This document shows positions 18,497-24,694 of a stretch of DNA of 24,694 bases, piece by piece. The stretch is from Candidatus Sigynarchaeum calidifontis. GTDB taxonomy: Archaea; Asgardarchaeota; Lokiarchaeia; Sigyniarchaeales; Sigyniarchaeaceae. The notes under the pieces were generated by a model that did no database searches, was not told where the DNA came from, and was given only the letters and a program-made list of their open reading frames with translations. Location: positions 1 to 24,694 of the forward strand of contig JAUQYZ020000058.1 of the NCBI GenBank assembly GCA_030587475.2, given 5' to 3'. Numbering within the stretch: the first letter of the stretch is position 1; each line of letters opens with the position of its first letter. The translations under genes and the position numbers were made by a program.

Positions 18497-19084
18497 ATGT
18501 CCATGTATTCTCATCTCAAGGATCAATGGAAAACCGCCTCGAAGACGAACGTCAAGCAAGAGAACTTCAAGCGGTTGATCGTGTGGCGCCGGCAACCTAC
18601 CGTGATACGCGTCGCAAAGCCATTACGTCTTGACCGTGCGCGGAATCTCGGTTACAAGGCAAAACAAGGCTTCATTATTGCGCGCGTGAAGGTGAGACGG
18701 GGGACATTCGTCTCCAGGATGCGCCCGTGGATGGGACGGCAGCCAACGAAGATGGGCGTGAATAAAATAACTACCGGGCAATCTCTAAAGTGGATCGCCG
18801 AGCAACGGGCTCAAAAGCGATACCCGAATCTCGAGGTCTTGAATTCATATTGGGTTGCCCAGGATGGCCACCACAAGTATTTTGAAGTCATCCTCGTCGA
18901 TCCCGTCCACCCGAACATCATCGCGGACAAGCACATCAACTGGATCTGCCAGACCACGATGAAGGGGCGGGTCTACCGCGGCTTGACCAGCTCCGGCAAG
19001 AAGGCCAGGGACCTCCGGCACAAGGGCATCGGCGCGGAGAAGACGCGGCCATCGCTCAACGCCCACGATCACCGCGGGAAATGA
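18497..19084 (+). CDS. rpl15e: 50S ribosomal protein L15e
   Basis: RLDRARNLGYKAKQG, NLEVLNSYWV..DG...YFEVILVDP.HP, RGLTSSGK. Confidence 0.98.
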   Translation: MSMYSHLKDQWKTASKTNVKQENFKRLIVWRRQPTVIRVAKPLRLDRARNLGYKAKQGFIIARVKVRRGTFVSRMRPWMGRQPTKMGVNKITTGQSLKWIAEQRAQKRYPNLEVLNSYWVAQDGHHKYFEVILVDPVHPNIIADKHINWICQTTMKGRVYRGLTSSGKKARDLRHKGIGAEKTRPSLNAHDHRGK

Positions 19085-19159
19085 AGTGGTACACCTTCAT
19101 TCCGCAATATTGTTCAATCTCGCTTCTCCTTTCCTTGATAGCTACACGAGGGGATCATA

Positions 19160-19642
19160 TTGAACCAGGACTTGCACGTGGCTTCCGTTCGGCTCTCGGC
19201 ACATGCCCACCCGACCGAAGTCCTCGACAAGGTCAAGCAATCGCTGGCCAACTTGATTCCCGACGGGCCGGCCTTGCTTGCCAAGGCCATCGAAACCACG
19301 GTCGCGGACGGCGATTACGGCAACAAGATCCATATACTGAGCTTGCTGCTCAAGTCCACTAGCCAGGTCGCTGCTTTCTTGCAGACCCTCAAGGACCACC
19401 TCCCGGACGAGGACAAGCAGTTGATACGGCGGCACTTTGACTCTTTTTTCAACCCGGATAACAAGACCTTGTTCCTCCGCTTCCACAAGCAGCTCGCGTT
19501 CCAGGGCCAGCTCCGCATCTCTCAATACGACGACATCGTGCACGCCAGCATCAAGTTCACGTCGTACGCGGGGAAGGCCTCGGGCGGTGATGAAGTAACG
19601 AACATCTTGAAATTCTTGCTCGACCAAGGGATAATCGCGTGA
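19160..19642 (+). CDS. DUF54 family RNA-binding protein
   Basis: AHPTE...KV, G.YGNKI, LFLRFHKQ motifs; conserved position between rpl15e and rpp30. TTG start. Confidence 0.85.
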   Translation: MNQDLHVASVRLSAHAHPTEVLDKVKQSLANLIPDGPALLAKAIETTVADGDYGNKIHILSLLLKSTSQVAAFLQTLKDHLPDEDKQLIRRHFDSFFNPDNKTLFLRFHKQLAFQGQLRISQYDDIVHASIKFTSYAGKASGGDEVTNILKFLLDQGIIA

Positions 19643-19661
19643 CGCGTTCACGCGGGTAGCC

Positions 19662-20411
19662 GTGATTCCAGTGCTCATCGAGCCGCGCGTGGCACCTTCC
19701 TTGTCGGGAGGCGCCAATGAAGGCATCGGGCGATGGATCGCCCGGGCACGGTCGGTCGGGTACGACGGGTTCGTGATGGAGATCCCCAACAATGATAAAT
19801 TTCCCGGATGGCCCGATATACAGCGTGAAGTTCAAGTCGAGGCTCTTCGATTCACGATCTACACCAGAAAAACACTCTTGCTCGATGATCGCCGGAGCGT
19901 GAAGACCCGGCTTGCCGGCATCAGGGGTCGATCCCGCGCGGATGTGATATGCGTGCGATCATCGAGCATGGAAGTCCTCAATTTCGTGGCGAAGGATAGC
20001 CGCGTCGATATCATCAGGCTGGAAACGCAAGACGAAATCAACGCCTTCAACGACGGCATCGCGTCGCTCGCGGGCCAGAACGGGACATTCATCGAGCTGC
20101 CATTCTCGCCGCTCGTGCACACGAGGGGCGCGTCCCGCTCGAAATTCATCAGGTCATGCAACAAGATCCTCGAGACTTGCAACGCGTACCATGCACGTCT
20201 TCTTTTTTCCAGCGATGCAGAACGGCTCGTCGACGTGAAAAATGCATGGCAAAAGGCCATCGTGTTGCAGATCCTGCTAGATGCTGTAAGCAAGCAGAAT
20301 GGTCGCGAGATAGCTATCAAGAATCCAACAGCCTTGATCGAGCGCTGCAAGGGCAAGAAGGATGCACTGGCGGTCGTCAGCACCGGTATGGCGGAGGATG
20401 ATCCCGCGTGA
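19662..20411 (+). CDS. rnp3: Ribonuclease P protein component 3 (Rpp30)
   Basis: PHP-like pattern, RVDII, IELPF..L......RS, LLFSSDA; operon context. Confidence 0.85.
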   Translation: MIPVLIEPRVAPSLSGGANEGIGRWIARARSVGYDGFVMEIPNNDKFPGWPDIQREVQVEALRFTIYTRKTLLLDDRRSVKTRLAGIRGRSRADVICVRSSSMEVLNFVAKDSRVDIIRLETQDEINAFNDGIASLAGQNGTFIELPFSPLVHTRGASRSKFIRSCNKILETCNAYHARLLFSSDAERLVDVKNAWQKAIVLQILLDAVSKQNGREIAIKNPTALIERCKGKKDALAVVSTGMAEDDPA

Positions 20412-20749
20412 AGGTCGAGCGCCAGCGGTACATCAGGTTTCGCATCTTCTCGGAGCGGATTGTACCCGTCGACGAGAAGGAACTTGCCACGGTTATCTGG
20501 CGCCAATATAACGGCTTGTTCGGCGAGGTCAAGAGCGGCAAGGCTGGCTTCTGGATCATTGACTACGATCCGAAGGCACAAGAGGGCACGATCCGGTGCG
20601 CGCACGTCGTGCAAGACGAGCTCGTCGCCGCCCTCACGCTCATCACGTCGATCAACGACGTGCCTGTCTCGGTCGACACGCTCGGGACCTCGGGCACCCT
20701 CGCCAAGCTCGGTGAAAAGGTCGGGTCGAAGAGCTATAATTCGGCGTAA
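20408..20749 (+). CDS. rnp2: Ribonuclease P protein component 2 (Pop5)
   Basis: RQRYIRF.I, LFGE, GTIRC.H, TLGTSGTL; GTGA overlap with rnp3. Confidence 0.92.
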   Translation: MKVERQRYIRFRIFSERIVPVDEKELATVIWRQYNGLFGEVKSGKAGFWIIDYDPKAQEGTIRCAHVVQDELVAALTLITSINDVPVSVDTLGTSGTLAKLGEKVGSKSYNSA

Positions 20750-20772
20750 ATCACGCGCTATCTTTTACCAGA

Positions 20773-21561
20773 TCATACAGGTTTAGCTGTTTCGTAGAGA
20801 TAATTAAAATATTGTACAGATATGCTGCCAAAGCCTTTAAAGTCAGATTTCAAGCCGAAATAAGATGTTATTGCGAAGATAGATGCCTTGAGTATGACGA
20901 TTGCATCGACCCCGTCGACTGCGATCCCGGTCCCGAATATTTGATCCCGGACGCGCACTTGGCCTACCTTTGCAAGATCCGTGATGATGTCTTTACCCGG
21001 ATCGTTCTGCTCGACGAGGATCTTGATGTCCGTGAGGCCTTTTTGCCGTTTCTCTTTCACGGCATCGACTATGCCGGCTTCTTTGAGGTCAGCAAGGCTA
21101 TTGGCCGCGACGAGAATGCTTTGCTCCGCTCCGGCGATCAAATTCAACGCTTTCTTGAAGACTTGTTCCTTGCCCCGGTACACGAGCAACGAGACCTGGA
21201 AGGGAGCGTCGATGTTCTTGAGATAGATGTCGTTCAATTCCTCGATGATGACTTTCGAATGGCTCGCGAAATCGTCCATCACCTTCTTGCGTGCCAGCAT
21301 CAAGGCCTCATCGGGCGGGTTCGCCGTGTAGGTGCTCGGGCGCTGGTTATCGTCTCGCGTGATGTAGCCCTTGTCGAGAAGCAATGACAAGATGTTGTAG
21401 ATGCGGCTGTACGGGACTTCCGATTTGTCGCTGAGATCACGGGCATTGAGCGGGCCGTGCTTGATCAAAGTCAAGTAGAGCGAGATCTCGTACTGCGTCA
21501 AGCCCACGCCCGCGAGGGCGGCTGTCACCTTGTCAGAGAAGGTAGGATTGCTCTCGGCCAT
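20773..21561 (-). CDS. TrmB family transcriptional regulator
   Basis: GLTQYE..LY.TL...G, SEVPYSRIYNIL..L..KG, RP..Y.A.PP winged HTH plus C-terminal effector domain. Confidence 0.9.
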   Translation of the reverse strand: MAESNPTFSDKVTAALAGVGLTQYEISLYLTLIKHGPLNARDLSDKSEVPYSRIYNILSLLLDKGYITRDDNQRPSTYTANPPDEALMLARKKVMDDFASHSKVIIEELNDIYLKNIDAPFQVSLLVYRGKEQVFKKALNLIAGAEQSILVAANSLADLKEAGIVDAVKEKRQKGLTDIKILVEQNDPGKDIITDLAKVGQVRVRDQIFGTGIAVDGVDAIVILKASIFAITSYFGLKSDFKGFGSISVQYFNYLYETAKPV

Positions 21562-21800
21562 GTCGTTCACGCGGACGGGCGTGCAATTTGCCCGCTGCTT
21601 TTACTCTCCGCGTTGAGCGATTTAAATGGTTCCGCCAGGCATCTTCATGGATCATCGTTGCCCCTTCAGAACTTGCGGTAAGGAGGCCACGGTCGGTAAA
21701 TCACCAGAATTTGGCATACATCCCCGCAAAACGTTTTTTACCACGATCGCCACCAAGGGTTATCATGATACTCATATCCGGTTATGACGACATCCAAGGA

Positions 21801-22460
21801 ATGGATAGGATCGTCATCGTCGCATCCTTTTTTGCCTTGGCAATTGGCGGGATCATCGTCTCGGTGCTTGTCTTGTTGAAGCGGAGGAAAACCGATGTCA
21901 AAGCATCGAGGTTTTATTTGCTCGGCATCGCGATGTTTGCCATGCTCTTCGGTCTCGGCCGGCTCGTCTTTTTATACCACGACTATTTCGCACCAGACCC
22001 GCTCGATGCCCCGGTCTACTTGGTAGGTGAAATCCTCACGTTGAGTGCCTTGATCATCCTTGTCTTCTCGATCGAGAAATTCATCTTCACCAGGACCAGG
22101 AAACTCATCACGATCATCGGCTTGATCTGTCTCGTGCTGGTTATCGTGTTCACGCCGCTAGAAGCAGAACCGAGACGGATATCCGCGCTAGCCTATGTCG
22201 CGGGGAATGGCGTGTTGACCATACTCCCGTTCTTCATCTACATCTACATCGCCAAGATCTCCACGGGCTCGGTTCGGAAGCAAGCGCTCTTCATCATCCT
22301 CGGGATCGTCATGCTCGCCATCAGTATCATCGGGGGAAAATATTTGTACGACTTTCACATTCTCAATCGGCTCTGGTCGCAGCTCTTCGGCATCATCTTC
22401 AGCTTTATCGGGTTTATCTTGCTCTCTTACGGGCTGGTGAAGAATCCAGCGACGAAATAA
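21801..22460 (+). CDS. 7-transmembrane-helix protein of unknown function
   Basis: Seven hydrophobic segments with basic loops (KRRK, RTRK, VRKQ). Start is 21765 or 21801. Confidence 0.75.
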   Translation: MDRIVIVASFFALAIGGIIVSVLVLLKRRKTDVKASRFYLLGIAMFAMLFGLGRLVFLYHDYFAPDPLDAPVYLVGEILTLSALIILVFSIEKFIFTRTRKLITIIGLICLVLVIVFTPLEAEPRRISALAYVAGNGVLTILPFFIYIYIAKISTGSVRKQALFIILGIVMLAISIIGGKYLYDFHILNRLWSQLFGIIFSFIGFILLSYGLVKNPATK

Positions 22461-22562
22461 GCGATCCAATAACGCGCGATTCTAAAATCAATTTTCTTTC
22501 TTAATTCGTTCTTTTCCCGCACCGATCGAGGCATAATCGCCGCCGGGAGCTTGAAAGGCCGG

Positions 22563-22576
22563 GAAATGATTTAAAC
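22563..22576 (+). promoter_or_regulatory. Putative BRE/TATA promoter for the leader + tRNA-Tyr transcript
   Basis: GAAATGA-TTTAAAC lies about 25 nt upstream of the structured leader starting near 22600. Confidence 0.5.
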
Positions 22577-22678
22577 GACGGCTGCTTGTTTTACCCTACA
22601 TTACCCGAAACGGATTGCTGGATTCACGAGGGCTTGCCGTCCTCTAAGGATCCCAACGCATTCGTTCCCGTAATTGGT

Positions 22679-22845
22679 CCCGACGTAGTTTAGTGGCTAG
22701 AACGCCCGGCTGTAGTCATGTGACGCACGAGGGAGAAATATAACAATGATCTCGTGTCAGCCAACATCCAAAAACCGGGATGTCGCCGGTCCGAGAAGAA
22801 ATCTGTCAAAAAATGGATTTCTCGGAAATCCGGCCGTCGGGACCA
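22679..22845 (+). tRNA. tRNA-Tyr(GTA) with two introns: 37/38 (22716-22773, 58 nt) and 59/60 (22796-22828, 33 nt); CCA encoded
   Basis: Acceptor CCCGACG/CGTCGGG (C1-G72, A73 archaeal Tyr identity), D-stem GTTT/GAAC, anticodon stem CCCGG/CCGGG with GTA at 22712-22714, T-stem GCCGG/CCGGC. The second intron has a strict BHB (TCCG/CGGA; bulges AG^A and AA^T; inner helix AGAAATC/GATTTCT). Confidence 0.93.
22716..22773 (+). ncRNA. Candidate intron-encoded H/ACA-like guide RNA targeting U35 of pre-tRNA-Tyr
   Basis: 8-bp upper stem GCACGAGG/TCTCGTGT capped by a GA...AATGA K-loop. Flanking GAC and CAGCC pair with the precursor on both sides of U35-A36. Hand-folded only. Confidence 0.65.
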
Positions 22846-22847
22846 CC

Positions 22848-22867
22848 TTTCTTCTTTTATCTTTTAT
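22848..22867 (+). terminator. T-rich terminator after tRNA-Tyr
   Basis: TTTCTTCTTTTATCTTTTAT directly after CCA. Confidence 0.55.
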
Positions 22868-22935
22868 GTAAAGTACAATGCCACAAAAATAATTCAAGAC
22901 ATGATAAAAAAATAGGATGTTTATGTTTAAATCCG

Positions 22936-23163
22936 TTATTTCACATCCCGTTGGCTTTCGATCTCCTCGATCGTTTTGTGCATGGCCTCGTATGGCTTCA
23001 TGAGCAAGCCTAGCAGTGGGATGAGCATAAGCAAGCCCGCGAACAGCTTATATCCTGGCCATATGAGCACGACGTAGAGCGACGAGGGTGCCGATCCACC
23101 GACGGAGGCCGGGCGCGAGATGGTCACCACGCATCCTATGCAAGTGCCGCGATTCTTCTTCAA
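22936..23163 (-). pseudogene. Possible C-terminal remnant of a membrane protein
   Basis: Hydrophobic segments are split across two frames (GLRRWIGTLVAL / YVVLIWPGYKLFAGLLMLIPLLGLL) and end in a charged tail; no credible start. Confidence 0.3.
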
Positions 23164-23342
23164 ACGAACCGATTGTCCACCCTTTCCTTTGCATTCGAAG
23201 CATTCTAAGGCTTCTTGATAGTGGTTTTTCCCAGCAGATTAAAAAGACTTGCTTCAACAACGATGGTTCGTCGAGTTTTTATCGCTAGGCAAATACACGG
23301 TTCTCGGAATTATCTCGAAACGAACTGACTTGATGAACGACC

Positions 23343-24563
23343 ATGGCATTCAACCAAGAAGCCCGCAAACATTTCCCAGAATGACCGCAATTGGACAGTG
23401 ATGACTACGACGCCGTCAAGGCCGTGCTCGATTCCAAGCAGCTGTGGTGCGGCGCTCCCGCGACCCATAAAGGAGAGTTTGTCTGGAAATTCCAGAAGAT
23501 GTTCGCCGAGTTCCTCGGCGCGAAGCACTGCTTTGCCGTGACCAACGGAACCCACGCGATCGAGGTCGCCTTGATGGCTCTCGATATTGGCCTGGGCGAC
23601 GAGGTCATCGTGCCCGAGTACACGTTCGTGGCGACCGGTTCCGCCGTGGTGGCCGTCAACGCCGTGCCCATATTGTGCGACATCCATCCTCGCACGTTCA
23701 ACATCGACGAGACCAAGATAGAGGCCCTCATAACGAGAAGAACCAAGGCTATCATCTGCGTGCACCTCGGCGGGGTCCCGTGTAACATGGACGAGATCAT
23801 GGCCATCGCGAGGAAGCATAAGCTCAAAGTCATCGAAGATTGCGCGCATGCCCATGGCGGCAAATACAAAGGAAAGCGACTCGGCACGATCGGCGATATC
23901 GGCACGTTCTCCTTCCAAGCAAGCAAGGTGCTCGCATGCGGGGAAGGGGGTGCTATCACGTGCATGGACGACAAGCTCGCGGAGAAAATATATGGCATCG
24001 CGGACGCGGGCCGCAAAGTCGGCGATTATTTCTATAACCACTACATTCCCTCGTCCAACTACCGCCTCGGCGAGTTCCAGGCAGCCATCCTCTGCTCCCA
24101 GCTCAAGAAGTTCAAGACACAACACCTGATTCGCAACAAGAACGTCGAGTACCTACGGGCGAAGATCGACAAGATCGACGGCTTGTTCATGCAAGAGAAA
24201 CCCACGGGTACGGAAGAATGCGGGTATTACGTGGTCTGCGTCAAGTTCGACCCGGCAAAGTTCAACAACATTACCAAGAAAGATTTTTACAAGAAGCTAA
24301 ACGACGCGGGAATTCCGACCGATGATTGCTATCCGCCGCTCCATTCACTCGCTTGCTTCAAGGATGGCAAGGGTAAAAAAGGGGTTGACTATTCCGCGGC
24401 AAATTGGGGGGGCAAGAAATCAGACGATAAGAATTTCCCAGTGGTCACTGAGGTCTTCAACCATAGCTTCGAATTTCCCCAGGAAATGTTTCTCGTCAAG
24501 GATCAGAAGGATCTCGATTATGTCGTCGACGTGATCGTCAAGATCAAGGAAGGCAAGCTATGA
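23343..24563 (+). CDS. DegT/DnrJ/EryC1/StrS family PLP aminotransferase (RifK/BtrR-like); in-frame TGA at codon 14, or restart at TTG 23391
   Basis: NGTHA, GDEVIVP.YTFVAT, IEDCAHAHG, SFQASKVLACGEGG (PLP Lys), NYRLGEFQAA. ATG 23343 reads MAFNQEARKHFPE*PQLD in frame. Confidence 0.88.
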
Positions 24564-24629
24564 GCTTGCACTTTTTCCAACTTTCATCTGTTCTGACTGT
24601 TCATGCCCGTTATTATCCATTTTTTATAT

Positions 24630-24694
24630 TCACTCTAGTACCATGGATTGCACCACCGCGGCGAGATGTTCGCGTATCAAGTCGAACAGCTTCT
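24630..24694 (-). CDS. Possible 3' end of a convergent gene running off the window
   Basis: Minus-strand frame ...KLFDLIREHLAAVVQSMVLE* with coding-like composition, followed by an AT-rich spacer. Confidence 0.3.
   Translation of the reverse strand, partial: KLFDLIREHLAAVVQSMVLE

Noticed and set aside
21801-22460. Microbial rhodopsin
   Set aside because: Seven TM helices are present, but there is no retinal-binding Lys within helix 7 and no helix-3 RY/W motif.
22600-22674. SECIS element or SRP/RNase P RNA fragment
   Set aside because: No AUGA/GA quartet, GAA/A motif or SRP/RNase P signature sequence.
22716-22773. C/D-box guide or nested intron inside the tRNA-Tyr anticodon intron
   Set aside because: Only a partial C-like AATGAT is present and there is no CTGA D box. 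No internal 3-4-3 BHB geometry could be drawn. The H/ACA-like fold explains the sequence better.
22780-23013. 77-aa plus-strand ORF
   Set aside because: Starts inside tRNA-Tyr and runs through its terminator.
23382-23384. Genome-wide UGA=Trp recoding, or selenocysteine in the aminotransferase
   Set aside because: Conserved genes here end correctly at TGA (AK6 9312, trm5 12121, ychF 17727, rpl15e 19084). The position corresponds to Trp rather than Cys, and no SECIS was recognised.
23310-24125. 271-aa minus-strand ORF, and similar long shadow ORFs such as 15534-16397, 6496-7245 and 19859-20614
   Set aside because: Antisense to well-supported genes; expected from GC-rich codon usage.
1-24694. 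CRISPR array, IS element, or integrated element at the tRNA genes
   Set aside because: No regularly spaced repeats, transposase or integrase ORFs, or duplicated tRNA 3' ends were seen.

Overview
Archaeal genomic DNA, most likely from an Asgard archaeon (Lokiarchaeia-like). The call rests on a Loki-type profilin, a roadblock/LAMTOR protein, a longin+UEV-like protein and an RPA32-like OB+winged-helix protein. The window is mostly translation and RNA-processing housekeeping: tgtA, nmd3, aIF-2beta, ard1/rimI, AK6, trm5, a YchF-family GTPase, and rpl15e-DUF54-rpp30-pop5. It also has a TIGR03916/TIGR03915-type radical SAM DNA-repair pair, TrmB, a 7-TM protein, a decayed LVIVD-repeat gene and a DegT-family aminotransferase with an early in-frame TGA. 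Two intron-containing tRNA genes are absent from the ORF track: tRNA-Arg(TCT) with a 37/38 intron, and tRNA-Tyr(GTA) with two introns (37/38 and 59/60). The most striking observation is that the 58-nt anticodon intron of tRNA-Tyr folds by hand into an H/ACA-like guide (K-loop, upper stem, two guide arms, lower stem, AAA box) whose pocket isolates U35 of its own precursor. This suggests a possibly undescribed self-guided pseudouridylation system. All assignments come from motif recognition and hand-folding; no searches were run.
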